Assembly (NCBI GenBank): GCA_016185755.1
Contig: JACPMX010000014.1
Location: 117,868 to 181,867 of the forward strand
Length of the DNA stretch: 64,000 nucleotides
Direction: 5' to 3'
Origin: Candidatus Woesearchaeota archaeon
GTDB lineage: Archaea > Nanobdellota > Nanobdellia > Woesearchaeales > GW2011-AR4
The notes under the pieces were generated by a model, which saw only the letters and a program-made list of their open reading frames with translations, was not told the origin of the DNA and did no database searches. Positions 36,764 through 46,827 of the stretch are shown here, piece after piece (the stretch's first letter is position 1; each line of letters starts with the position of its first letter). The position numbers and the translations under genes were made by a program.

Positions 36764-37636
36764 ATGGAAATAAGGAACATCCAGAAGACTGGCGACATGC
36801 ATTATCTTTACCTTCCCACTTCTTGGTGCAGGGAGCACAAAATCGGCTCAAGGTCAAAAGTCAGCATAGGGCAGAGCAGCGATGGCTCGCTTGTCATCTC
36901 CCCCCAGATAGTCGAGGCCAAGCCGAAGCACCTGAAGCTGAGCATATCAGAGGATGACGAGGATGTCATACACAAGCTTGCAGTTGCCTGCTACATAAAC
37001 CCTGCAGGCTCCTTCGAGATAAACTTCGAGAAGGAAATGGACTTCACAAGGCTTCTTAACCAAAAAAGGCTTATAAGCCTGGAATCTGTCGAGATAGACA
37101 AGAAGCAGATAAGCTGCCACGGCGCAGTCTCTGTCGCTGACCCTGAATCATTGATAAAGACAATGACCAAGAAAATCAAGAACATGATAACCGTCATGCA
37201 GAAGGCCTACGACAAGGAGCTCATAGACAGGTACGAAGACGAGATTGACAGGAGCAAGATGCTCATTGACAAGTCAATAATAAGCTCCCTCACCTTTGAA
37301 AGAGCCACAAAATCAAAGACTATAGATTTATATTATATCTCCCTCATATCAAAGGATTTGGAAAGGATGGTCGACCATCTCATATGCGTGAGCAGCAAGG
37401 AGTCTGAATTCCTGACCATTGTCCATGACATAATAGACCAGCTTCATAATATAATGGAGAATACCCCGAGCCTTAATTGCAAGACAGCGCTTCAGTTTGT
37501 CAAGAAGGTAACAAAGATAGGCGGCTTCGAGGTCAAGGACATAAAAAGCTATGACAAGGAAAGAATCAGGCTTTCATTGGTTACAATTGCGGAGATTGTA
37601 ACGGACTGGGCCATAACAAAGGAGATAGAAAAATGA
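36764..37636 (+). CDS. PhoU-like regulator with N-terminal SpoVT/AbrB swapped-hairpin domain
   Basis: 290 aa; N-terminus MEIRNIQKTGDMHYLYLP (AbrB-like) followed by PhoU-like helical repeats. Confidence 0.5.
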   Translation: MEIRNIQKTGDMHYLYLPTSWCREHKIGSRSKVSIGQSSDGSLVISPQIVEAKPKHLKLSISEDDEDVIHKLAVACYINPAGSFEINFEKEMDFTRLLNQKRLISLESVEIDKKQISCHGAVSVADPESLIKTMTKKIKNMITVMQKAYDKELIDRYEDEIDRSKMLIDKSIISSLTFERATKSKTIDLYYISLISKDLERMVDHLICVSSKESEFLTIVHDIIDQLHNIMENTPSLNCKTALQFVKKVTKIGGFEVKDIKSYDKERIRLSLVTIAEIVTDWAITKEIEK

Positions 37637-37711
37637 TTATTTTAAACATACAAATGTTTTTCATATAACATTTAGGTGCTTTTATTAAGATAACATCCAA
37701 TACTTTTCCAA

Positions 37712-38050
37712 ATGGAAGCTGCAGCAGAATCAAGGGAAGCTGAAATCCTTACAGAGATAAGAGAATCGGAAAAAAGGGCCGTGGAGATCATTGAAAAGGC
37801 CGGAAGGGAAAGCGAGTCGATAATGCAGGAAGCTGCAAGAAACTCGTCAAAATTATTGCCAGAAAAAGAAGCGGAAATAAGGAAATCCCAGGAAAAAAAG
37901 ATTATGGACTTCAGGGAAAAGGCCAGGCTCATAAGGGAAGAAAAACTGGCAGAGGGAAGGCTCGGCGTGAAGCAGCTGAAGGCAAAGGCCGAAAAAAACA
38001 TTCCAAAATCTGTTGAATTTATAATGAAAAAATTCGAGGAAGCGGTTTAA
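37712..38050 (+). CDS. atpH: A-type ATPase subunit H
   Basis: 112-aa coiled-coil protein heading the ATPase operon. Confidence 0.55.
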   Translation: MEAAAESREAEILTEIRESEKRAVEIIEKAGRESESIMQEAARNSSKLLPEKEAEIRKSQEKKIMDFREKARLIREEKLAEGRLGVKQLKAKAEKNIPKSVEFIMKKFEEAV

Positions 38051-38051
38051 A

Positions 38052-39887
38052 ATGCTGAAGCCCCAGGAGATGAGCAGTGTCATAATAACCGGCTCCAAAG
38101 CCATGCAGGAAGCTGTCATCAGGGAGCTCCACAGCATGAAAATAATCCATATTGTCGAGCACTCAAAAAGCGGGCTTGCCGATATAGGGGTTCCTCTTGA
38201 GAATGCAGCAAAACTCTCGGAAATTTTGGTCAGGATAAGGGCATTGTCAGCTGCATTGGGCATAAAAGGCGATAAAACAATGCTGGAAGCAAAAAGCATT
38301 CCTGAAATAGACTCAACGGCAAAAAAGATTGCCGAAGAGCTGGGCATATATACTGATGAATTGAAGAAAATTGATGAATTCTTATCCAAAAGCCAGGCAT
38401 CAAGGCGTGAGCTGGAAATCCTGAAAGGGATAAGCATTCCTCTCGAGTCTTTTGCAAGCTACAGGGCTCTGGCTTATTTTACAGGCTACATAAAATCCAG
38501 GGAAATAGGCTCCCTCAAGAAAGAGCTGCAGAAAACAACCCAAAAATTCATGCTGTTCGAAAGTGCAGATGGGGGCAAGGCGTTCATTGCACTGTTCATT
38601 GACGCAAAAAATAAAGAGGATGCAAACGGCACTTTGCAAAAACTCAATTTTTCAAGCGTCAGCTTTTCAAGCATACAGGGCCAAAAAGGAACTGCAGCCA
38701 AAAACCTGGAAAAGCTTGAGCAGGAAAGCACAAGGCTCCTCAAAAGGAAGGGTGAAATAAGAAAAAAAATCGAAAAGCTTGCAAAAGAGCACAGGGCATT
38801 TTTGGCAGCATCAGACGAATTTCTTGGCGAGCAGCTTGAAAAGGCAGAGGCCCCCTTGAAATTTGCATCAACGCCAAGCAGCTTTCTGATTAAAGGGTGG
38901 ATTCCCAGCAATGATATTAACAAGTCAATAGACAGGCTGAATAAAGCCGCAAAGAACAGGATTTTTGTCCATTTCGAGCCTGCAAAAAAGCATGACAAAG
39001 TGCCTGTCAAGCTGAAGAATCCCGCATACGCAAAGCCTTTTGAGTTCTTCCTTGACCTTTACAGCATACCCTCTTACAGGGAGATCGATCCTACTTTTTT
39101 TATATTCTTAACATTCCCGATTTTCTTTGGCATAATGCTCGGGGACATGGGGTACGGGGTTGTAAGCCTGGCAGCGTTCCTGCTCCTGAGGAGAAAAATG
39201 CCATCCACGAAAAATTTTTTCAACATATTGATTTTGGCGTCTCTTGTCACGGTATTGTTCGGCCTTTTCTTTGGGGAATTTTTCGGCTACGAATTCATGC
39301 ATCCTGTCATAAGCAGGGAGCATGAGATGTTCAAGCTGCTTTACTTTTCGATCGCAATTGGCGCAATACATGTAAATATCGGGCTTGTGCTTGGCTTCAT
39401 AAACGAGCTAAGGTCGCATGGATTTATGCATGCAATCTATGCCAAGGGAAGCTGGATTGTGCTTGAACTCGGGATAGCGCTTCTTGCGCTGGCGTATTTC
39501 AGGATAATATTAATTTCCCCGTTCATAGGGGCTGCATTCCTTGGGCTTTCAATTTTAATGCTGCTCAAGGGAGAAGGAGTGAAGGGGCTTATAGAGCTGC
39601 CAAGCATCCTGACCAATATAATGTCCTATGCAAGGCTGATGGCCATAGGCCTGTCATCTGTCATACTTGCCGTCATTGTAAACGAGCAGGCCGGCGAATT
39701 TTTCCACAAGGGCGGCTTCTTTGTTTTAATAGGGATAATCATACTGGTTACAGGACATGCGATAAACATAATGCTGGGGCTGCTGGGGGGCTTTTTGCAC
39801 TCGCTGAGGCTTCATTATGTTGAGTTTTTTTCAAAATTTTTCCATGGCGGTGCAAAGAAATACCTGCCGTTCGGATCAAAAGAATAA
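38052..39887 (+). CDS. atpI: A-type ATPase subunit I (a-subunit homologue)
   Basis: 611 aa; cytosolic N-domain plus C-terminal multi-TM domain. Confidence 0.85.
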   Translation: MLKPQEMSSVIITGSKAMQEAVIRELHSMKIIHIVEHSKSGLADIGVPLENAAKLSEILVRIRALSAALGIKGDKTMLEAKSIPEIDSTAKKIAEELGIYTDELKKIDEFLSKSQASRRELEILKGISIPLESFASYRALAYFTGYIKSREIGSLKKELQKTTQKFMLFESADGGKAFIALFIDAKNKEDANGTLQKLNFSSVSFSSIQGQKGTAAKNLEKLEQESTRLLKRKGEIRKKIEKLAKEHRAFLAASDEFLGEQLEKAEAPLKFASTPSSFLIKGWIPSNDINKSIDRLNKAAKNRIFVHFEPAKKHDKVPVKLKNPAYAKPFEFFLDLYSIPSYREIDPTFFIFLTFPIFFGIMLGDMGYGVVSLAAFLLLRRKMPSTKNFFNILILASLVTVLFGLFFGEFFGYEFMHPVISREHEMFKLLYFSIAIGAIHVNIGLVLGFINELRSHGFMHAIYAKGSWIVLELGIALLALAYFRIILISPFIGAAFLGLSILMLLKGEGVKGLIELPSILTNIMSYARLMAIGLSSVILAVIVNEQAGEFFHKGGFFVLIGIIILVTGHAINIMLGLLGGFLHSLRLHYVEFFSKFFHGGAKKYLPFGSKE

Positions 39888-39923
39888 CAAAACAAATTCA
39901 GGACATATTCAAAATAAAAAAAT

Positions 39924-40163
39924 TTGAAGGAGGAAAAAATGGCAATTGAGACTGGATTGATAGCGATTGGCTCTGGCCTTGCAATAGGCTTGAGCGCGAT
40001 AGCAGCGGCTATTGCTGAAAAGGAAATCGGAACAGCTGCTGTGGGTGCAATGGCTGAAAAGGAAGAACTGTTTGGAAAAGGGCTTATCCTTACGGTCATC
40101 CCCGAAACAATAGTCATATTCGGGCTGGTGGTCGCTATACTGATATTGAATTTGGCAAAATAA
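39924..40163 (+). CDS. atpK: A-type ATPase proteolipid subunit K (c)
   Basis: 79 aa, two TM hairpin with conserved Glu (IPETIVIFGL). Confidence 0.8.
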   Translation: MKEEKMAIETGLIAIGSGLAIGLSAIAAAIAEKEIGTAAVGAMAEKEELFGKGLILTVIPETIVIFGLVVAILILNLAK

Positions 40164-40174
40164 ATCAAGTCAAA

Positions 40175-40720
40175 ATGGGACTGGAAGCAGTAAAGGAGGA
40201 GATATTGGACAGTGCACGGGAGCAGGCGAACTCCATCCTTGCAGAGGCCCGTAAAGAGGCCAATAAAATATCGAAGGAAGCTGAAAAGAAAATCGATGGC
40301 ATGCAGCAGAAAGCCGATGCAGAGGAAAAGCGGATGATGGATGCAATAAAAAGGCAGGAGCTTGCATCCGCAGAGCTTGAAAACAAGAAGCTGCTTCTTG
40401 AGGCAAAGAAGCAGGTCATAGAAATTGCATTTGAAGAAGCAAGAAAAAGGCTGGAATCGCTTGACGACAAAAAAAGGGAGGAATATCTGAAAAAGCTGCT
40501 TGAAAAGGCAAAAAATGAGATTGAAGTTGCAAAGGTATACTGCAATAAAAAAGATGCAAAATTCGCAAAAGGGCTTGGCAACCAAGCAGCTGGCATGATC
40601 GGGGGCTTAATTGCCGAAAACAATGAAGGGACTATAAGGATTGACTACAGTTTCGAGACCATGCTGGATAGCATCAAGGAGACTGAATTGCAAAATATAA
40701 GCAAAATATTGTTTGGTTAA
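40175..40720 (+). CDS. atpE: A-type ATPase subunit E
   Basis: 181 aa; long N-terminal helix plus C-terminal globular domain. Confidence 0.75.
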   Translation: MGLEAVKEEILDSAREQANSILAEARKEANKISKEAEKKIDGMQQKADAEEKRMMDAIKRQELASAELENKKLLLEAKKQVIEIAFEEARKRLESLDDKKREEYLKKLLEKAKNEIEVAKVYCNKKDAKFAKGLGNQAAGMIGGLIAENNEGTIRIDYSFETMLDSIKETELQNISKILFG

Positions 40721-41792
40721 AATGATGAAGCTTGAAGAGCCGAAAAAACTGAAGCTTGGGACTTACCCTTACACTTATGTAAGGACTGCTGTAATGAAAT
40801 CCCTGCTCTTCAGAAGAGAAGACTACCACAAGATGCTGAAGATGGGCTTCAGCGAAATTGCAAAATTTTTGCAGGAATCAAATTACAGGAAGGAAATCAA
40901 TGAGCTTGCAAACGAGCATTCCGGAGCTGATCTGATTGAGCTTGCTCTCAACAAAAATCTTGCAGAATCATTCAAAAAGCTGCTGAGGATATCCCCGAAT
41001 GAGCTTTCATTGCTTATCCGGGAATATGTCAAGAGGAAGGACATAGAGGACATCAAGACCATAATAAGGGGCAGGTTCACAGGCACAGATAAAAAGATTG
41101 TTGCCGGGTCATTGACCGGTGCGGGCACTTTAAGCATGGAATTTCTTATGTCGCTTCTGGAAAAGGAATCTGTCGAGGAAATTTTGAAAGCCAGCAGGAT
41201 TGCTGATTTTTCCTTGTTCAGGAACCCTATAAAGGATTTCAATGAGAAAAAAAGCCTGGCAGGCATAGAAAATGCGCTTGACAAGTCCTATTACAGCCAT
41301 ATCATGCAGTTTTCAGGAATTTTGCCCAGGGAAGTGGCAATGTTCAAGAAATTCCTCCTGAAAGAAGTTGAAATACTTAACATGCTTACCCTGTTGAGGC
41401 TAAAAAAAGCAGGGCTCGGAAGGGAAGTTGCACTTAATCTTATAATACCCTCGGGAAACAAGCTGAAAGATGCAAAGATAGCCTCGCTGGCAGGCGCTAA
41501 TGGCATTGAAGAGATGTCAAAGCTGCTGCAAAGAACAGAATACAGGGGCATATTTTCAAGAGGCTTTGAAGAATTCAATAAAAGCAATTCCCTGATAGCG
41601 CTTGAGACGGAGCTTTACAAGCACCTGCTCAGGCAGTCCATCCTGCTGATGCACCAGCACCCATTGTCGGTTGATGTCATACTGGGATACATGTTTGCAA
41701 AAGAGACTGAAGCCAGGAACTTGAAAATAATTTTGAAGGGAAAGCAGCTTGGATTGGCCGAGGAGTTTATTGAAAGACAGCTGGTATTTTAA
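40713..41792 (+). CDS. atpC: A-type ATPase subunit C
   Basis: 359 aa helical protein; 8-nt overlap with atpE. Confidence 0.75.
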   Translation: MVKMMKLEEPKKLKLGTYPYTYVRTAVMKSLLFRREDYHKMLKMGFSEIAKFLQESNYRKEINELANEHSGADLIELALNKNLAESFKKLLRISPNELSLLIREYVKRKDIEDIKTIIRGRFTGTDKKIVAGSLTGAGTLSMEFLMSLLEKESVEEILKASRIADFSLFRNPIKDFNEKKSLAGIENALDKSYYSHIMQFSGILPREVAMFKKFLLKEVEILNMLTLLRLKKAGLGREVALNLIIPSGNKLKDAKIASLAGANGIEEMSKLLQRTEYRGIFSRGFEEFNKSNSLIALETELYKHLLRQSILLMHQHPLSVDVILGYMFAKETEARNLKIILKGKQLGLAEEFIERQLVF

Positions 41793-41896
41793 AACAAAGC
41801 AAGATAACAATAGACCATTAACAATGAACATTGGCAAAAAATCCAGTAATTAAAGCTTAAAAATAAAAATAAAATAAAAAAATTTAAAAAAACAAA

Positions 41897-42196
41897 ATGG
41901 TGAAAATTGCAGTAGCGGGCTCGAATGAATTTGTCGTGGGATTCCAATTGGCAGGCATAAGGGACATCCTGGAGCTGAAAGGGGATTATTTCAATGAGCT
42001 TAAGGGCATGAAAAGCAGGAAGGATATCGGCGTTGTGGTTGTTGATGAAAAGATGATGGAAAGCCTTGAAACCCACCAGAGGCTTGAGATAGAGGATTCT
42101 GTGGATCCGGTTTTCATACCGGTATCTACAAAAACAGAGCAGGACAGCCTGAAAAGGCTCATCAAAAAATCAATAGGTGTTGATTTGTGGAAGTGA
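41897..42196 (+). CDS. atpF: A-type ATPase subunit F
   Basis: 99 aa, [21 protein letters not shown]. Confidence 0.75.
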   Translation: MVKIAVAGSNEFVVGFQLAGIRDILELKGDYFNELKGMKSRKDIGVVVVDEKMMESLETHQRLEIEDSVDPVFIPVSTKTEQDSLKRLIKKSIGVDLWK

Positions 42197-43926
42197 ACAA
42201 AATGGAAAAAGGAGTTTTATTCAGGATTGCAGGGCCTGTTGTAGTTGCAAAAGGCATCAAGCCCAGAATGTATGATGTCTGCAGGGTTGGTAATGAAAGC
42301 CTCATGGGGGAAGTTATACAGCTTGATGGCGACAAAGTCATAATACAGGTTTATGAGGACACTTCAGGAATAAAGCCGGGTGAGCCGGTTGTCAACACAG
42401 GAGAGCCGCTGAAAGTGGAGCTTGGCCCCGGAATGCTCGGAAGCATTTATGACGGGATCCAAAGGCCTTTGCCTGTCCTGATAAAGCAGATGGGCGATTT
42501 CATCAAGAGGGGAGTTGACGCTCCCGGCCTTGACCAGGCAAAAAAATGGGACTTCAAGGCTATTGTAAAAAATGGAGAAAATGTTTCTGCCGGCCAGGCT
42601 ATTGGGGAAGTCGAGGAAAACCCGGGAATTATCCACAGGATAATGATTCCGCCCAATCAAAAAGGAAAAATAGCGGAAATAAAATCCGGCAAGTTCACAG
42701 TCAATGATACCATAGGAAAGCTGGACAACGGCTTTGAATTAAGGCTGAAGCACAATTGGCCTGTCAGGATTGCACGGCCTGTTAATGCAAAACTGAAGCC
42801 TGAAGCCCCGCTGATCACCGGCCAGAGAATTTTTGATGCATTGTTTCCTTTGGCCAAAGGGGGAGTTGCTGCAATCCCTGGCCCCTTCGGAGCAGGAAAA
42901 ACAGTCTCGCAGCAGCAGCTTGCAAAATGGTCGGACGCTGACATAATCGTATATGTCGGCTGCGGGGAAAGGGGCAATGAAATGACAGAAGTGCTTACAG
43001 AATTTCCGCAGCTTACAGACCCAAGAAGCGGCAAGCCGCTCATGAACCGGACTGTGCTGATTGCAAACACATCAAACATGCCAGTGGCTGCAAGGGAAGC
43101 CAGCATCTACACTGGAATTACAATTGCAGAATATTACAGGGACATGGGCTACTCAGTTGCCTTGATGGCTGATTCCACATCAAGATGGGCAGAAGCGATG
43201 AGGGAAATATCCTCAAGGCTGGAAGAAATGCCGGGCGAAGAAGGCTATCCTGCTTACCTGTCGACAAGGCTTGCGCAATTTTATGAAAGGGCAGGCAGGG
43301 TCATTCCGCTTGGGACAAAGAAGGAAGCCAGCATAAGCGTGATTGGCGCAGTAAGCCCTCCCGGGGGAGACATATCCGAGCCTGTATCCCAGTCTACTTT
43401 AAGGGTGACAAAGGTTTACTGGAAGCTTGATGCCAAATTAGCCCAAAGAAGGCATTTTCCGTCAATAAACTGGCTTGATTCATATTCCAACTATTTGGAG
43501 ATATTGGAGCCGTGGTACTCAAAGAATGTTGCTCCTGACTGGAACAATTTGGTGAAAGAGATTATGTCAATCCTTCAGGAGGAGGACAAGCTGCTTGAGA
43601 TCGTCCAGCTTGTCGGCTCCGACGCGCTGGCGGAAAGGCAGCAGGTCACCCTGCAGACCGCAAGGCTCATAAGGGAAGTTTTATTGCAGCAGAATGCATT
43701 CCACGAGATAGACACTTTCTGCGAGTCAAAGAAAACTTATGCCATAATGAAGGCAATACTGCAATTTTCAAGGCTTGCAAATTCCGCCCTTGACAGCGGT
43801 GCGAGGGTGCAGCAGATCCTCTCAACAAAGGCAAAGGACAGGCTCAGCGAGGTCAAATTCGTGAAGGAGTATGAAAAGCTGCTTGGCGACATAACAGGGC
43901 AGATGGAAAAGGAGATGAAGGTTTAA
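42187..43926 (+). CDS. atpA: A-type ATPase catalytic subunit A
   Basis: 579 aa; P-loop GPFGAGKT and non-homologous region typical of A subunits. Confidence 0.9.
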   Translation: MEVNKMEKGVLFRIAGPVVVAKGIKPRMYDVCRVGNESLMGEVIQLDGDKVIIQVYEDTSGIKPGEPVVNTGEPLKVELGPGMLGSIYDGIQRPLPVLIKQMGDFIKRGVDAPGLDQAKKWDFKAIVKNGENVSAGQAIGEVEENPGIIHRIMIPPNQKGKIAEIKSGKFTVNDTIGKLDNGFELRLKHNWPVRIARPVNAKLKPEAPLITGQRIFDALFPLAKGGVAAIPGPFGAGKTVSQQQLAKWSDADIIVYVGCGERGNEMTEVLTEFPQLTDPRSGKPLMNRTVLIANTSNMPVAAREASIYTGITIAEYYRDMGYSVALMADSTSRWAEAMREISSRLEEMPGEEGYPAYLSTRLAQFYERAGRVIPLGTKKEASISVIGAVSPPGGDISEPVSQSTLRVTKVYWKLDAKLAQRRHFPSINWLDSYSNYLEILEPWYSKNVAPDWNNLVKEIMSILQEEDKLLEIVQLVGSDALAERQQVTLQTARLIREVLLQQNAFHEIDTFCESKKTYAIMKAILQFSRLANSALDSGARVQQILSTKAKDRLSEVKFVKEYEKLLGDITGQMEKEMKV

Positions 43927-43927
43927 A

Positions 43928-44644
43928 ATGAAAGATAAAAAAGTTTTGATTGTTCAGAATGTTTCCCATGAAAGTCCCGGCTTAATTGGAGAGATTTTAA
44001 ATGACAATGGAATTGATTTTGAGGCTGTTGACTTAAACAACGAAGACGATTTTCCAAATCCCATAAATTATTCTGCAGTTTTCGTTTTTGGAGGTCCAAA
44101 TAGCGCTAATGATCCAACATCCAAAATGAAAAATGAATTGGAAATAATAAAACAGGCTTTAGCTAACAACATTCCTTATTTTGGAATTTGCTTAGGGATG
44201 CAAACTGTAGTAAAAGCGGCAGGCGGCGAGGTGCATAGGAATAACGTCAAGGAAATAGGTTTTAAGGATCCTGAGGGGAAAATTTTTGAAATAGAACTAA
44301 CAAGTGAAGGGAGTAAAGATGCCCTATTCAATGGAATTAAATCGCCAATGAAAATATTTCATCTGCATGGAGAAACTGTTAAATTAACTCCAAAAATGAG
44401 ATTATTGGCAACAGGAAAATATTGTCAAAATCAGGTTGTAAAAGTTGGAGACGATGCATACGGATTTCAAGGGCACCTTGAAGTGACGGAGTCATTACTA
44501 AAGGAATGGGTAAAAAAAGATAATGATTTGAAATTAATGGATTCAAATTCTTTGATAAAAGATTACGGAACATTAAAATCAGAATATCAACAAAACAGTA
44601 AAACAATAATAAATAATTTTTTGCAAATTGCAGGACTAATATAA
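43928..44644 (+). CDS. Class I glutamine amidotransferase-like protein, inserted between atpA and atpB
   Basis: 238 aa; GICLGMQ nucleophile elbow, downstream His (FQGHLE). Start lies 1 nt after the atpA stop and its stop 1 nt before atpB; more AT-rich than neighbours. Confidence 0.7.
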   Translation: MKDKKVLIVQNVSHESPGLIGEILNDNGIDFEAVDLNNEDDFPNPINYSAVFVFGGPNSANDPTSKMKNELEIIKQALANNIPYFGICLGMQTVVKAAGGEVHRNNVKEIGFKDPEGKIFEIELTSEGSKDALFNGIKSPMKIFHLHGETVKLTPKMRLLATGKYCQNQVVKVGDDAYGFQGHLEVTESLLKEWVKKDNDLKLMDSNSLIKDYGTLKSEYQQNSKTIINNFLQIAGLI

Positions 44645-44645
44645 A

Positions 44646-46013
44646 ATGAAGGAATACAAGACAATAACAAGGGTCGCCGGGCCTCTGATTTTCGTCGAGA
44701 AGACGGAACCCATAGGATATGCCGACATTGTAAGGATAGCTATGCCGAACGGCGATGTTAAAAACGGGCAGGTTCTGGACACTAGCAACGACATAGTGGT
44801 TGTGCAGGTGTTTGAAGGGACAGCCGGAATTGATGTTGATACAAGAGTCAAGTTCCTGGGCGACACATTAAAGCTGAATGTCTCAAAAGACATGCTCGGC
44901 AGGATTTTAAGCGGATCAGGAAAGCCCATAGACAAGGGGCCGGAAATCATCCCGGAAAAAAGGTTGGATATTATCGGTGCTGCAATCAACCCGTTCGCAA
45001 GAGCTTCTCCGCATGATTTCATACAGACAGGAATATCAACGATAGACGCGATGAATACCCTTGTCCGCGGGCAGAAGCTTCCATTGTTTTCCGGCTCAGG
45101 CTTGCCGCATAATGAAATTGCTCTGCAGATAGCTCGTCAGGCAAAAGTCATTGGAAAGCAGGAAAACTTTGTTGTTGTTTTTGCTGCAATGGGCATAACA
45201 AATGAAGAGGCGCAGTACTTCATCAGTGATTTTGAGCAGACAGGCGCATTGGAAAGAAGCGTCGTTTTCCTCAATCTTGCAAATGACCCTGCAGTTGAAA
45301 GGCTTGTCACTCCAAGGATGGCATTGACAGCTGCCGAATATTTCGCATACGAGCATGACGCCCATGTTCTTGTTATTTTGACGGACATGACAAACTATTG
45401 CGAGTCGCTGAGGGAGATAGGCGCTGCAAGGGAAGAGATCCCGGGAAGAAGAGGGTATCCCGGCTACATGTACACTGACCTTGCAATGATTTATGAAAGG
45501 GCCGGAGTCATAAAAGGAAAGAAGGGAAGCGTCACCCAGATCCCAATTTTAACAATGGTAGGCGATGACATAACCCATCCAATCCCGGATTTGACGGGCT
45601 ACATTACAGAGGGCCAGATTGTCCTGGCAAGGGAACTGCACAGAAAAGGAATCTATCCTAGCATTGATGTACTTCCCTCATTGTCAAGGCTGATGAACCT
45701 TGGCATAGGGCCGGCAAGGACAAGGGACGATCACAAGCAAGTCTCGGACCAGATGTACGCAGCTTATGCAGAAGGCCGTGACTTGAGAGGGCTTGTCGCA
45801 ATTGTAGGGGAAGAGGCGCTGAGCGAGCGCGACAAGAGGCTTCTGAAATTCGCCGCAGAATTCGAGGACAAGTTTGTAAGGCAGAAAAAAGATGAGAACA
45901 GGAGCATTGCAGAGACTCTCGATCTTTGCTGGAGCCTGCTTGGATTGCTGCCGTCAAATGAGCTGACAAGGATAAGCCCGGAACTCAGGCAGAAATATCA
46001 CAGGCAGAAATAA
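44646..46013 (+). CDS. atpB: A-type ATPase subunit B
   Basis: 455 aa regulatory subunit. Confidence 0.9.
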   Translation: MKEYKTITRVAGPLIFVEKTEPIGYADIVRIAMPNGDVKNGQVLDTSNDIVVVQVFEGTAGIDVDTRVKFLGDTLKLNVSKDMLGRILSGSGKPIDKGPEIIPEKRLDIIGAAINPFARASPHDFIQTGISTIDAMNTLVRGQKLPLFSGSGLPHNEIALQIARQAKVIGKQENFVVVFAAMGITNEEAQYFISDFEQTGALERSVVFLNLANDPAVERLVTPRMALTAAEYFAYEHDAHVLVILTDMTNYCESLREIGAAREEIPGRRGYPGYMYTDLAMIYERAGVIKGKKGSVTQIPILTMVGDDITHPIPDLTGYITEGQIVLARELHRKGIYPSIDVLPSLSRLMNLGIGPARTRDDHKQVSDQMYAAYAEGRDLRGLVAIVGEEALSERDKRLLKFAAEFEDKFVRQKKDENRSIAETLDLCWSLLGLLPSNELTRISPELRQKYHRQK

Positions 46014-46062
46014 ATTTTTTAGCTGTTTTAAATTAATATAAATGTTAATGCAATAAATAAAA

Positions 46063-46680
46063 ATGCCCCAAGACATAAAGCCCACAAGAAGCGAATTGCT
46101 GAAGGTCAAGAAGCAGATAAAGTTGGCTAAAAGCGGGTACAGCCTGCTGAAGAAGAAAAGAGACGGCTTGATCCTGGAATTCTTTGAAATCCTGAAGAAG
46201 GCAAAAACTTTGAGGGAAGAGATTGTCAGTGAGTACAAAACTGCGCTTGAAAAAATCAATATTGCAAGGGCGCTTGAAGGGGACTTGAAAATAAGGTCAT
46301 TGGCAATGGCCATAAGGGAAATTCCTGACCTTAAAATGGCCACAAAAAACATAATGGGCGTAAAAGTCCCTAAGATAGAGCCCGCTGAAATAAAAAAGGC
46401 GTTCATGGAAAGGGGCTACAGCGTCTACAGCCCCTCTTCAATTGACGAGGCTGCCGCGGCATACGAGAAAGTCGTGGAAAAGGTGCTGATTGCAGCAGAG
46501 GTAGAGACATCAATGAGGAAGCTGCTCAACGAGATAGAGAAGACAAAAAGAAGGGTCAATGCTTTGGAATTTGTCGTCATCCCGAATCTTGACAAGGTGA
46601 GGTCATTTATCCAGCTGAGGCTGGAGGAGATCGAAAGGGAAAACATCTTCAGGATGAAGAGGATAAAGGCCAAGGCATGA
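46063..46680 (+). CDS. atpD: A-type ATPase subunit D (central stalk)
   Basis: 205 aa, MPQDIKPTRSELLKVKKQIKLAKSGYSLLKKKRD. Confidence 0.85.
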   Translation: MPQDIKPTRSELLKVKKQIKLAKSGYSLLKKKRDGLILEFFEILKKAKTLREEIVSEYKTALEKINIARALEGDLKIRSLAMAIREIPDLKMATKNIMGVKVPKIEPAEIKKAFMERGYSVYSPSSIDEAAAAYEKVVEKVLIAAEVETSMRKLLNEIEKTKRRVNALEFVVIPNLDKVRSFIQLRLEEIERENIFRMKRIKAKA

Positions 46681-46796
46681 ATAAAGTCACAAAGCAAAAA
46701 ACGATTTTGTGGACTGCAATAATACTGACGGCCGTTAACTTCCTCCTGATTATCTCTTTTCTGGTTTATCTCTATTTCTGGTTCAGCAACAAATAA
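46677..46796 (+). CDS. Possible 39-aa single-TM micro-protein overlapping the atpD stop (ATGA)
   Basis: Translation MNKVTKQKTILWTAIILTAVNFLLIISFLVYLYFWFSNK; not in the ORF track (<60 aa). Confidence 0.25.
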   Translation: MNKVTKQKTILWTAIILTAVNFLLIISFLVYLYFWFSNK

Positions 46797-46827
46797 ATTT
46801 TTAAACTTGTGATTAAATAAAAACCAA

